From Malacoraja senta (taxonomy: Eukaryota): a DNA stretch of 64,000 bases. The notes under the pieces were generated by a model. It was given only the letters and a program-made list of their open reading frames with translations, was not told where the DNA came from and did not search any database. The DNA lies in NCBI GenBank assembly GCA_038087875.1, contig CM075982.1:72044001-72108000 (forward strand), written 5' to 3'. Shown here one piece after another: positions 39,778-51,677 of the stretch. Each line of letters begins with the position of its first letter. The first letter of the stretch is position 1. The position numbers were made by a program, and so were the translations under genes.

Positions 39778-40088
39778 CTGTTTAGAGACGCAGTGTGGAA
39801 ATCGCCTTTCGGCCCACCGAGTCCACGCTGATCATCGATGACCCGTTCACACTAGGTCTATGTTATCCCACTTGCTCATCTACTCTCCACACACTTTTAG
39901 AGGCCAATTAACCTTCAAACCCGCGTGTCTTTGGGATGAGGGAGGAAACCGGAGCACCAGGAGGAAACCCACGGGGACACATGGGGAAGGTGTAAACATC
40001 GCACAGACAGCACCCGAGGTCAGGATCAAATCTAGGTCTCTCGCTCTGTGTGGCAACAGCTCTACCAGCTGTGCCACTGAGCCCCCTT
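39778..40088 (-). mobile_element. HE1-like tRNA-derived V-SINE
   Basis: Head GGGGGCTCAGTGGCACAGCTGGTAGAG, V-domain GTGGGTTTCCTCC.GGTGCTCCGGTTTCCTCCC, CR1-like tail. Confidence 0.8.
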
Positions 40089-40145
40089 CACTGATTGGAA
40101 TCATGGCATTACAACTTTGTACAAGTCTCAGTGCTATACTGTTAA

Positions 40146-40740
40146 CATAGAAACATAGAAAATAGGTGCAGGAGGAGGCCATTCGGCCCTTCGAGCCAGC
40201 ACCGCCATTCACTGTGATCATGGCTGATCGTCCCCTATCAATAACCCGTACCTGCCTTCTCCCCATATCCCTTGATTCCACTAGCCCCTAGAGCTCTATC
40301 TAACTCTCTCTTAAATCCATCCAGTGACTTGGCCTCCACTGCCCTCTGTGGCAGGGAATTCCACAAATTCACAACTCTGGGTGAAAAAGTTTTTTCTCAC
40401 CTCAGTCTTAAATGACCTCCCCTTTATTCTAAGACTGTGGCCCCTGGTTCTGGACTCGCCCAACATCGGGAACATTTTTCCTGCATCTAGCTTGTCCAGT
40501 CCTTTTATAATTTTATATGTTTCTATAAGATCCCCCCTCGTCCTTCTAAACTCCAGTGAATACAAGCCTAGTCTTTTCAATCTTTCCTCATATGACAGTC
40601 CCGCCATCTCAGGGATCAATCTCGCGAACCTACGCTGCACTGCCTCAATCACAAGGATGTCCTTCCTCAAATTAGGAGACCAAAACTGTACACAATACTC
40701 CAGATGTGGTCTCACCAGAGCCCTATACAACTGCAGAAGA
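40146..40740 (-). mobile_element. 5'-truncated CR1
   Basis: [15 protein letters not shown] to TRGHSL, CR1 3' hairpin and tail. Confidence 0.9.
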
Positions 40741-40865
40741 ATCGTGGGTTGCTACAGACCCAGTGGATGGTCACAAGATTTCTGATCATGTTAACTATCT
40801 GAACCTATCAATGGCACTCTGTAATGGCTCAGCAGAGGCAAAGAGGCCAGTGCAACAGTCGGCAT

Positions 40866-41065
40866 NNNNNNNNNNNNNNNNNNNNNNNNNNNNNNNNNNN
40901 NNNNNNNNNNNNNNNNNNNNNNNNNNNNNNNNNNNNNNNNNNNNNNNNNNNNNNNNNNNNNNNNNNNNNNNNNNNNNNNNNNNNNNNNNNNNNNNNNNNN
41001 NNNNNNNNNNNNNNNNNNNNNNNNNNNNNNNNNNNNNNNNNNNNNNNNNNNNNNNNNNNNNNNNN
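40866..41065. other. Assembly gap (200 N)
   Basis: Run of N. Confidence 1.
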
Positions 41066-41894
41066 CAAAAATGCTGGAGAAACTCAGCGGGTGAGGCAGC
41101 ATCTATGGAGCGATGGAAATAGGCAACGTTTCGGGTCGAGACCCTTCTTGAGACTGATGTGAGGGTGAGGGGGGGGGGGGGAAGAAGAAAGAAAGAGGGT
41201 GGAGCAGAGAGCTGAGGGAAAGCTGGGAAGGGGAGGAGATAGTAAGGACTACCTGAAATTAGAGAAGGAATGGGTGATGTTTTGGGTTGAGAATCTTCTT
41301 CCGGCATTAGATGTTGGCTTCACCAGCAATGTCCTGAAGATGAATACAAGAGATCAGGTGGTAGACAAAAATACTGGAGAAACTCAGCGGGTGAGGCAGC
41401 ATCTATGGGAGCGATGGAATGGGTGACGTTTCGGGTCGAGACGACCCGAAACGTCACCTATTACTTCGCTCCATAGATGCTCCCTCACCCACTGAGTTTC
41501 TTCAGCATTTATGTCTGCCTTCGATTTTTCCAGCATCTGCATGTTCCTTTTGAAACAAGTGAATAAGTTCTCCGAATAGGTCAAGTGTAGGACATATCTG
41601 ATTGACATGGACGTACATCTTCACAGAAGATGCCAAGGTCACTTGACGTCAATAGACAAGGGTTCCCCTCAAAGGTTGACACTCTAAGCTGCACATCCAA
41701 TCTTTTCTTCAGGGGATAGAGTCATCCAGCATGGAAACAGTCCCCTTGGGCCAACCTGTCCATGCCGACCGAGGTACCCCATCTACCCGGTCCCACCTGC
41801 CAGTATTTACCCCATATCCCACCATGCTTTGTACCAATGCCCCCATCTCTCTTCCAGCTTTCTCCTCCTCCACAATCAGACTGAAGAAGGGTCC

Positions 41895-42190
41895 CAATAG
41901 ACAATAGGTGCAGGAGTTGGCCATTCAGCCCTTCGAGCCAGCACCGCCATTCAATGTGATCATGGCTGATCATCCCCAATCAGTACCCCGTTCCTGCTTT
42001 CTCCCCATATCCCCTGACTCCACTATTTTTAAGAGCCCTATCTAGCTCTCTATTGAAAGCATCCAGAGAATCTGCCTCCACCACCCTCTGAGGCAGAGAA
42101 TTCCACAGACTCACCACTCCTCTGTGAGAAAAAGTGTTTCCTCGTCTCCTTTCTAATCTTTGTGAGAAAAAGTATTTCCTCGTCTCCGTC
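41895..42190 (-). mobile_element. CR1 3' fragment inserted into a hammerhead repeat
   Basis: CTGAAGAAGGGTCC lies before the CR1 tail, and CCCAAAACATCATC...GATGCTGCC resumes after it. Confidence 0.75.
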
Positions 42191-42489
42191 CCGTCCCAAA
42201 ACATCATCTATCCATGTTCTCCAGAGATGCTGCCTGACCCGCTGAGTTACTCCGGCACTCTGCATCTTTTTCTGTAAAACAGCATCTGTAGTTCCTCGTG
42301 TCTACAACAGCAGAAAGTTTGACTCTGTTACACTTCAGGGGAGGACTGGTTTTATCTGCTCAGTCACCATGCTGTTCAAAATAAATAATTTGGTATTTCA
42401 TAAAAAAAAGTCTTAATTGTGTAATTCCAACTACGTAATCTTCCCAAAATCTTATATCTAATAACAACACATGAAGAAATCATATCTAA

Positions 42490-42870
42490 AAGGTAGAGAC
42501 ACAAGAAACTGCAGATGCTGGAATTGTTAACTAAAAACAAAGAGTGTGAAGAAGGGTCCCGAACTGAAACATCACCTGTCCATTCCCTCCACAGAACATT
42601 GTCTGACCTGCCGAGTTCCTCCAGCACTTTGTGTGGGCAGGAACTGCAGATGCTGGTTTACACCGCAGGTAGACCCAAAATGCTGGAGTAACTCAGCGGG
42701 CCAGGCGGCATCATTGGAGAAAAGGAATAGGGGATGGACGTATCGGGTCGAGACCCTTCTTCAGACTGATGTCTGGAGTCTGAAGAAGGGTCTCAACCCA
42801 AAACTTCACCTATTTCTTACCTCCAGAGATGCTGCCTGACCCGCTGAGTTACTCCAGCATTTTGTTTTTT
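42490..42870. mobile_element. Cluster of two inverted pairs of Penelope-derived terminal repeats
   Basis: Alternating minus/plus copies with hammerhead cores near 42546, 42740-42765 and 42780. Confidence 0.75.
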
Positions 42871-43499
42871 TGCAAACAAGATATTGTGCGGTGCAAAGCA
42901 TCTACAGGGTGTAACACAGGTTAAGTTGTTAAGCCTTTGGGAAATAATTGTTGCAAATTACCGCTGCTGATATTTGAATATAATTATAATTTCCCTTCTG
43001 AATGTGAAGGCACTCCTTGCCTATATTTTTTGGTTTTCAGAACGCTTTTTATTGGATCTTTTCCATTTATTGAACTCTTGTTTGTTCATTGTTTTATCCA
43101 TGGCTGCATATGTTTGTAGCAAAGATCGACACAGAGTGCTCAGCGGGTCGGGCAGCATCTCCGGAGAGAAAGATCAGGTGATGTTTTGGGTCGGAACCCT
43201 TCTTCAGACTGTGCTTACAGGCCTGTGGTAAGTCCTGCAAGACCAGATGCTGCAAGTAAGACCTTCAATGTTCTGTTGATGACAATTAAACCTGTAACGC
43301 CACCTGGAGCTCTCAGCTGATGTTTGCTGTGGCTCTGAATTCCCCTGTCACAATCGCCTTCCCACCAGCACCAGTCATTATTTGACTTCACTGGCATTGT
43401 TCATTGGTCGGATGCACTTATGGGTGGGGAGCGGGGGAGGAGGTTTGTGGGAGAGAGAGTGGACATGGCTTCCTGGATTTTTACACGATCAGTGGACTG

Positions 43500-44400
43500 T
43501 TTTCTTCTCACGTTGGATTGCAACCTTGTCGTGGTCGGGGAGCTTGTGTGTCTCAGTGATCCCTAGAGCTATGCCAGCGGGAGATTCGTCTCCTGTTAGG
43601 GTCTCCCATGCTGGGCAGGTCGAAGGGTAGAGGCGAGACGAAGAGCGATCCACTGGTCCTCCAGGTTGGAGGTTGAGCACAGGGCTAACAACCCTGTCTC
43701 GTAAAACAAATATGTGTCATTGAAACATATAAGATTGTTAAGGGTTTGGACACACTAGAGGCAGGAAACATGTCCCCGATGTTGGGTGAGTCCAGAACCA
43801 GGGGCCACAGTTTAAGAATAAGGAGTAAGCCATTTAGAACGGAGACGAGGAAACACTTTTTCTCACAGAGAGTGGTGAGTCTGTGGGATTCTCTGCCTCA
43901 GAGGGCAGTGGAGGAAGGTTCTCTGGATGCTTTCAAGAGAGAGCTAGATAGGGCTCTTAAAATAGCGGGATCAGGGGATATGGGGAGAAGGCAGGAACGG
44001 GGTACTGATTGGGGATGATCAGCCATGATCACATTGAATGGCGGTGCTGGCTCGAAGGGCCGAATGGCCTACTCCTGCACCTATTGTCTATTGTCTATTG
44101 AAACAGCAACTGAAGGAATCAACACTACTGGGCGTGATGGACTTCCAGGGCTATCGACAGATGCTGGGATGAATGTCAACAGCATCCCAAGAATAGCCGG
44201 CCACTGGACACCGGAAGGGAAAAGGAAAAGAGGGAGACCCAAAACCACCTGGCGTCGAACTGTAGAGGAGGAAATGAAACAATGGGGCTGACTGGGGTAG
44301 TGTCCAGAAGCTAGCCCAGAACAGACAGGAGTGGAGGGCCTTCCTTGCTGCCCTACATCCCAGGAGGCTGAATAGGCAGTAAGTAAGGAAGTAAGTGGAC
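43500..44400 (+). mobile_element. Bipartite (internally deleted) RTE-clade element interrupted by a CR1 fragment (~43717-44099)
   Basis: RTE/Expander-like 5' region (CCTTGTCGTGGT...GGTCCTCCAGGTTGGAGGTTGAGCACAGGGCTAACAACC). ORF end WTPEGKRKRGRPKTTWRRTVEEE and (TAAG)n tail. Confidence 0.75.
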
Positions 44401-44544
44401 TGTTTGGTTTAGGAGGGAACTGCTGATGTTGGTTTAAACTGAAGATAGACACAAAATGCTGGAGTAACTCAGGCAGCATATCTGGAGAGAAGGAATGGGT
44501 GACGTTTCGGATGGAGACCCTTCTTTGGACTAGGCTGAAGATCA

Positions 44545-45012
44545 AAGGAGGTTTACAAGAATGATTCCAGGAACAGTGGGTTAGCATATGATGAGCGTTT
44601 GTCAGCACTGGACCTGTACTCGCTGGAGTTTAGAAGGTTGAGGGGACACCTCATTGAAACTTACAGAATAATGAAAGGCCTGGATAGAGTGGATGTGGAG
44701 AGGATGTTTCCACTGGTGGGAGAGTCTAGGACCAGAGGTCACAGCCTCAGAATTAAGGGGCGCTCTTTTAGAAAGGTGAGGAGGATTTTTTTTGTCTTAG
44801 GGTAGTTAATCTGTGCAACTCATTGCCACAGAGGGTTGTGGAGGCCACGTTAGTGGATATTTTTAAAGCAGAGATAGCAGGTGTTTGATTAGAATGGGTG
44901 TCAAGGGTTATGGGGAGAAGGTAGGAAAATGGGATTATGTGGCAGAGATCAGCCATGATTGAATGGTGGAGTAGACACGATGGGCCGAATGGCCTAATTC
45001 TACTCCTATAAC
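44545..45012 (+). mobile_element. CR1 3' fragment (older subfamily)
   Basis: LYSLEFRRLRGHLIETY...TRGHSL. Confidence 0.8.
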
Positions 45013-45119
45013 TAATAAATTGTGACGAAGGGTCTCGACCCGAAACGTCACCCATTCCTTCTCTCCAGAGAAGCTGCCTGTCCCACTGCGTTACTCCAGT
45101 ATTTTGTGTCTAGCGACTA

Positions 45120-45425
45120 TCAGTTTAGTTTAGAGATAGATACAGAAACAGGCCCTTCGGCCTACTGAATCCATGCTGACCAGCGATCCCCATACACCAA
45201 AGATATCCTACACACTAGGGAGAATTTACAATCTTTATCAAAGCTAATTAACCTACAAACCAGTACGGCTTTGGAATGTGGAAGGAAACTGGAGCACCTG
45301 GAGAAAACCCACGCCAGTCATAGGGAGACGTACAAACTCCGTACAGACAGCATCCGTAGCCAGGATCGAACCCAGGCCTCTGGCGCTGTGAGGTAGCAAC
45401 CGTAACGCTGCGCCACCATAGCACC
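45120..45425 (-). mobile_element. HE1-like V-SINE
   Basis: tRNA head, V-domain and (CTAAA)n tail on the minus strand. Confidence 0.8.
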
Positions 45426-45880
45426 CCTGGTTGTGGGCATCAGGCGAGTGATTTTTTTGGAGAGAAGCACACCAACAAGGTGAATGCACAGTGTCTTTTA
45501 CTCTGGGGAATCGAGAAGCAGAGGACATAGGTTAAAGGTGAAGGGGAAAGATTTAATAGGAACCTGAGGAGCAACTTTTTCAAACAGAGGGTGGAAGGTA
45601 TATGGAACGAGCTGTCAGAATAGGTAGTTGAGGCAGGTACAATGACAACAATTATAAGAGGCTTGGACAGGTACATGGATTAGAAAGGTATAGGTGTATA
45701 TGGACCAAACACGGGTAGATGGGTCTAGCTGATTGGCATCTTGGTCGGAGTGGACAAGTTGGGTCAAAGGGCCTGTTTCCGTGCTGTTTATCACGCTGTA
45801 ACTCATTCACATTTTGATTCAATTGATAATTGGTCATCAGTCTGTAACCTATTTTCTGTGGTCAGCACCTTAATTACTAG

Positions 45881-46565
45881 TGTTTAAGTTTTTATAGTGG
45901 ATGTCAGTCAGTAGTCTATCACCTGCGATGGAGATAGTGAGGTCAAGAAATGGTAGGGAAATGTCGGAAATGGTCCAGGTGTATTTGAATGCCGGATGGA
46001 AGTTAGTGGTGAAATGGATGAAGTCAGTGAGTTGTGTGTGGGTGCAGGAGGTAGCACCAATGCAATCGTCGATGTAGAGGAGGTAGAGTTCGGGGGATAG
46101 GGCCACGGTACGCCTCAAACAAGGATTGTTCGACGTACCCTACAAAGAGTCACATAGCTGTGGCCCATGCGCGTGCCCATAGCTACGCCTTGTATTTGGA
46201 GGAAATGGGAGGAGTCAAACGAAAAGTTATTAAGGGTAAGGACCAGCTCCGCTAGGCGGAGGAGAATATCAGTAGACGGGGATTGGTTGGCTCTGCGGTC
46301 GAGGAAGAAACGGTGGGCTTTGAGACCCTCCTGATGGGGGATGGAGGTGTAGAGTGACTGGACATCCATGGTGAAGATGAGGGAATGGGGGCCTAGAATA
46401 CGGGTCCTTGAGTAGATGAAGAGCGTGTGAGGTGTCTTGAACATAAGTGGGGAGGGATTTGACCATTTGACCAGTCTGGAGAAAGGTTTTGTCCTGAAAC
46501 GTTGCCTATTTCCTTTGCTCCATAGATGCTGCCTCACCCGCTGAGTTTCTCCAGCATTTTTGTCT
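45881..46565 (-). mobile_element. Penelope-like element fragment: RT remnant (minus) with inverted terminal repeat (plus), 14-bp TSD
   Basis: PLE RT motifs FTMDVQSLYTSIPH, QIQGVAMGTRMG, YIDDCIG and LPFLDL. ACCTTAATTACTAG at 45867-45880 and 46566-46579. Confidence 0.85.
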
Positions 46566-47873
46566 ACCTTAATTACTAGGATGGGGGGGTATCTATGGGA
46601 GCTGTTATTATCTTAATGAGCTGCTAATTATATCCTCTGTATTGAATTTCCATGATGTTCAAGATGAAGGCCTGGAACGCACATTAGTTGAGGCTCATGA
46701 ATCTAACCAGAAAAACTTAGGCGTGGTTGTGTTTAGAGACAACGTGGACAGAGGCCCTTCAGCCCACCCATTCCCTCCACAGATGCTGCCCCACCCGCTG
46801 AGTTCCTCCAGTGACAGCAAAGCTCTAGAGTTTGTGCAGTGCCAGAGATTGTGAATGAGTCTGCCTGTGTTTGTATCTTTGCTGCTCATTTGAAAAGCCC
46901 TCTCTCCACCAAGACACCATCACTCAGCAAGGAGCTCTGCTGAAGAGTTAACACCTTTGAGATAGTTTTCGCTCAGCATGCGGAATAAAATAAAAAAGTG
47001 CTAACCTGTTTTCTGCAGAGAAGTGGCCCAAACTCTCACAAGTACCTGACATTTTTTTAATATCTTTCCTTCCGAGTTATTCCATTTTAAATGAGTTTAC
47101 AGACATGTAACTGTAGCCCTGTGGCAAAGGATACTACGTTCTAACGGAGATTTCTCAAAAGTCCTTTTCAATCTCTATTTAAATGCATAAATGTTCCGGG
47201 AAGGCAGAGCTGCTTAAACTCGAATTTCTTCCTCTGTCCACGTTACGAAGTGAAATGATTATGACTACAGCAAGATTGTTCCTGCTGCTGGCACTTTGGC
47301 TCTGACTACTATTGCCGTAATAGACCAATGGACAAGCCTGCCGCTCCTTTCCTCATTTCCAAGCTGAATGGTGGTTGCAATTTCTTTCAAGATGAACATC
47401 AGATGTTCATGAGCAGGCAATACGCTTACACATTAAGCAAATGTATTCAGTCTGAACAGACTTCACGATGCCTTTGTCGTACCCCTATAATGGAATGAAA
47501 TCGCCAGGTACTTGCTAACAGGTCACACATAAAGTCTAAAATATGGACACAAGAGAGGGCAGATGATGGAATCTGGAGCAAAACATCAACACAAACCAAT
47601 CATTTCTTGATTAGTGCGGGTGTCAGGGGTTATGGGGAGAAGGTAGGAGAATGGGGTTAGGAGGGAGAGATAGATCAGCTATGATTGAATGGCAGAATAG
47701 ACTTGATGGGCCGAATGGCCTAATTCTTCTCATGTGTCTTATGGCCTTATGGGCTGCAGCGGGAAAGTATAAAGTTTACAAGGCCCCAGTGGGTAATCAG
47801 AGGTCTTGGTGCTTTGTAGCAAAGATAATAGTATCTTTGCTTTGTCGGCTCTCCAAACTAAATGTTTGAAACA

Positions 47874-48005
47874 TGTTGTTTAAGAAGGAACTGCAGATGC
47901 TGGAAAATCGAAGGTACACAAAAGTGCTGGAGAAACTCAGCGGGTGCAGCAGCATCTATGGAGCGAAGGAAATAGGCAACGTTTCGGGCCGAAACCCTTC
48001 TTCAG
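47874..48005 (-). mobile_element. 132-bp solo hammerhead element with 17-bp TSD
   Basis: ACTAAATGTTTGAAACA at 47857-47873 and 48006-48022. Confidence 0.85.
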
Positions 48006-48008
48006 ACT
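47975..48008 (-). ncRNA. Minimal type I hammerhead ribozyme motif
   Basis: Reverse strand reads AGUCUGAAGAAGGGUUUCGGCCCGAAACGUUGCC. Confidence 0.7.
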
Positions 48009-49027
48009 AAATGTTTGAAACAGTTGTTTAAAGCCAGCAGGTGGCAGCAGACAGCACGGAATGGAACAATGTAATTGAAATCAACCTGAAGGCAAGGAGG
48101 CACAAGGAACTGCAGGTGCTGGCTAACAATAAAAAAAAAGTCACGATGTGCTGGAGTAACTCAACCCAGAGATGGAGAGGAGAAGTGGAGAAGATCATGG
48201 TAGGAATAGATAATGGTAAATGCAGTCTTTCACCCAATTATTTTTAATTGTCTACTATATATCGTGTTGTTACTTGCGAGCAAAGCACCATGGCAAATTC
48301 CTTGTATGTGTACATACCTGGCTAACAACATTTATTCATTCATTCAAAATGGGGGAAAGATACATGGTGAGGAGGGAAAGATTTGTTAAGAACATGAGTG
48401 CAACTTTTTCACACAAAAAATGGTGGGTGTATGGAAGGAGCTGCTGGAGGAAGTTGAGGCAGGTACTATCCCAATGCTTAAAAGACATTTGGACAGGTAC
48501 ATGGATAGGATAGGTTTAGAGGGATCAGTCTGAAGAAGGGTCATCGACCTGAAATGTCACCCATTCCTCCTCTCCAGAGATGCTGCCTGTCCCTACAGCA
48601 TTTTGTGTCTACCGTAGGTTTAGAGGAATATGGGCCAAACACAGGCAGGTGGTTCTATGGGACATGGGCAAGTTGGGCTGAAGGGCCGGTTTCCATGCTG
48701 TATGACTCTATGACTCTGTCACTCAGCGGGTCAGGCAGCATCTCTGGAGATCATGGACAGGTGACGTTACGGGATGAGACCTTCATGTGGAGGAATGGTT
48801 CGGTTTGAGTAATGCAGTGAAAAGCAGTTGTTTCCTGTCTCTGGGCCAGTGCTCCACAGCTCTGCTTTTCGCTGTTGAGAGAATTTTGGGTTGGGAGGCA
48901 TTAATAGGGCTGAGGTGATCTAACTGGAGCTGCCCTTCAATCCGTGTTCCTGCAGCCCTGAATGTAGAACACAGAACATGAAACACACTGGCCTATTCCC
49001 TTTACATCCCCATCTCCTGTTGAAGCC

Positions 49028-49318
49028 TTTAGACTCTAGAGATACAGCGCAGAAACTGGCCCCTCGGCCCACAGAGTCCACACCAACCAGCGATCATCCT
49101 ACACACCATGGACATTGTACAATATTACAGAAGCCAATTAACCCACAAACCTGTACGTACACCTTTGGAGTGCGGGAGGAAACCGGAGCACCCGGAGGAA
49201 ACCCAGGCAGCTCACGGGGAGAAGGTACAAACTCAGGGCAGACAGCACCCGTGGTCAGGATTGAACTCAGATCTCTGGCTCTGTGAGGCAGCAACGCTAC
49301 CGCTGTGCCACCGTGCCG
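49028..49318 (-). mobile_element. HE1-like V-SINE
   Basis: Head CGGCACGGTGGCACAGCGGTAGCGTTGCTGCCTCACAG and V-domain. Confidence 0.82.
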
Positions 49319-49651
49319 ACCTCCTGGCAGCGTAGACCCCTTCAATGGCGGAGAGGGCAGTACCTGTGGTAGACCGGGCAGTGTCGACCACCCTCTGTAG
49401 ATCCCTTTGATGGTGGCGAGGGCAGTATCTGATTGGGTACAAAATGGAATGCCATAACCAAAATAAAAAACAGGATCCATGATGACTTTTAAAAGGACTA
49501 GAAAAATATCTAGTGAAAGAAATAGTTAAAATGGCATTGGGGCTCTGGGATGGGAATGCAATGGGATTATGTGTAACCACATTCATGGGGAGCAGGCAGG
49601 ATTAAATAACCTCCCTTTGTCCTGCGAGAATCCCCTGTCGGTGGGAGTGAT

Positions 49652-50142
49652 TGTCAAGTCAAGTTTATTCGTCACATACACATACGAGATGTGCAGTGAA
49701 ATGAAAAAGTGGCGATGCTCGCGAATTGTGCAAAAAAAACCACACAAACAAACTACAAACAGAATGGAACAGAATCACATATTCACATATTACATATTTG
49801 TGGGAGGGAAGAAAAAGGAAAAAAACAGCAATTTTAAAAAACAGTAGAATGGTTCAGTAAAGTGAGTCCCTGGTGAGATAGGAGTTTACAGACCTAATGG
49901 CGTCTGGGAAGAAACTCCGTCTCATCCTCTCCGTTTTCACAGCGTGGCAACGGAGGCGTTTGCCTGACCGTAGCAGCTGGAACAGTCCGTTGCTGGGGTG
50001 GACGGGGTCTCCCATGATCTTATTGGCTCTGGAGTTGCATCTCCTGGTGTATAGTTCCTGCAGGGGGGCGAGTGGAGTTCCCATAGTGCGTTCGGCCGAA
50101 CGCACTACTCTCTGCAGAGCCTTCTTGTCCTGGGCAGAGCAA
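49652..50142 (-). mobile_element. Rex1/Babar-type LINE 3' fragment
   Basis: RSAERTMG..LQELYTRRC..DPVHPSNGLFQLLRSGKR..TERMRRSFFP; tail AATAAACTTGACTTGAC. Confidence 0.75.
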
Positions 50143-50890
50143 TGGGATGTGTATGTGCTGACTGGAGAGGTAAAACCACATCACCAAAGATAGACACAAA
50201 ATGCTGGAGTAACTGGTGTCTGAGGAAGGGTCTCGACCCAAAACTGCGTCGGTTCCTTCCGACGCAGTCAGTACCAGAGAGGCGCATGGGCGATGCCTGG
50301 TCGGTCAGTCATGGCTCTCTCTGAGCCGTGATTCAAAACCGTAGCCCTCCTACTCAAGGACTAAAAGCCTCCGAGTGAGGCTGAAATATCTGAGACATGG
50401 ATGCTGAGTCTCCCGGTAAACAAGCAACGTGTTTCTGCAGAAACGCCATTCCTCACTGTAGCTACTCATATCAATATTGTGTCAAGTCATGGGTGCAGCC
50501 TGCAGCCTGATCGCTGCAATTTCACTGAGAGCGGTTGACATGGTCTCTTAAAACTGACGGCAGTCAGCAGAAACAGAAGATCGATTACAGCTGCCTCCGT
50601 GCCCTCCGGTATTTTATATGAAATGTACTGAATGCACTTTCCATTTTATTGCTGATATCACATTTACTTCCGTCTCTTTGCAGTTGTTTGCAAAATAGTA
50701 GCTGTTAGCTCCACCAGGCCACTCAGCCGACTCAAGAGTCAGGAGAGTTTAATTGCCATGTGTACTGAGAACAGAACAATGAAATTCTCACATGCAGCAC
50801 GGCACAACAGGCCTATCAACACACACAACGCAATAAACAAAAAAAAAGTTCCATAAATTAAACTAATCCAATATTAGTATCCAACATTAA

Positions 50891-51170
50891 GGGCGGCATG
50901 GTGGCATAGCGGTACAGTTGCTGTCTTGCAGCGCCAGAGATCTGGGTTCGATCCTGACTATGGGTGCTGTCTGTATGCAATTTGTACGTTCTCCCCGTGA
51001 CCTGTGTGGATTTTCTCCAGTTTACTCACACACACCAAAGACGTACAGGTTTCAGTAAAGATTGTAAATTGTCCCTAGTATGTGGTATAGTGCTGGTGAT
51101 CGCCGGTTGGCGCGGACTCGGTGGGCCAAAGGGCCTGTTTCCGAGCAGTATCTCTAAACTAAACTAAACT
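50891..51170 (+). mobile_element. HE1-like V-SINE
   Basis: GGGCGGCATGGTGGCATAGCGG (A box), GGGTTCGATCC (B box), V-domain and (CTAAA)n tail. Confidence 0.85.
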
Positions 51171-51200
51171 AGTGCAAAGAAAGCCGGCGTTTGTTCGGTT

Positions 51201-51677
51201 CCTGTGGATTGGAGGGTAGCTAATGTTACCCCACTATTTAAGAAAGGCGGGAGAGAGAAAACAGGGAATTATAGACCAGTTAGCCTGACATCGGTGGTGG
51301 GGAAGATGCTAGAGTCAATCATAAAAGATGAAATAGCGGCAAGGGAGAGCCAGTGGATGTATTGTACCTGGACTTTCAGAAAGCATTTAATAAGGTCCCA
51401 CATAGGAGATTAGTGGGCAAAAGTAGAGCACATGATATTGGGGGTAGGATACTGACATGGATAGAAAGTTGGTTGGCAGACAGGAAACAAAGAGTAGGGA
51501 TTAATGGGTCCCTTTCAGAATGGAAGGCAGTGACTAGTGGGGTACCGCAAGGCTCGGTGCTGGGACCGCAGCTATTTACAATATACATCAATGATTTAGA
51601 TGGATTCAAAGTAACATTAGCAAATTTGCAGATGACACAAAGCTGGGTGGCAGTGTGAACTGTGAAGAGGATGCTAT
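51201..51677 (+). mobile_element. Older 5'-truncated CR1, left part (host of the full-length copy)
   Basis: Degenerate RT ([27 protein letters not shown]) with deletion and frameshifts, ending at GAGGATGCTAT. Confidence 0.9.

Noticed and set aside
40706-41307. ORFs spanning the N-run
   Set aside because: Artefacts of the assembly gap.
46880-47520. Repeat-free blocks (also ~50340-50700 and ~59930-60420) as conserved enhancers
   Set aside because: Plausible, but cannot be supported without cross-species alignment.
50891-50960. tRNA gene
   Set aside because: A/B boxes are present but continue into a V-SINE body and tail; no full cloverleaf.
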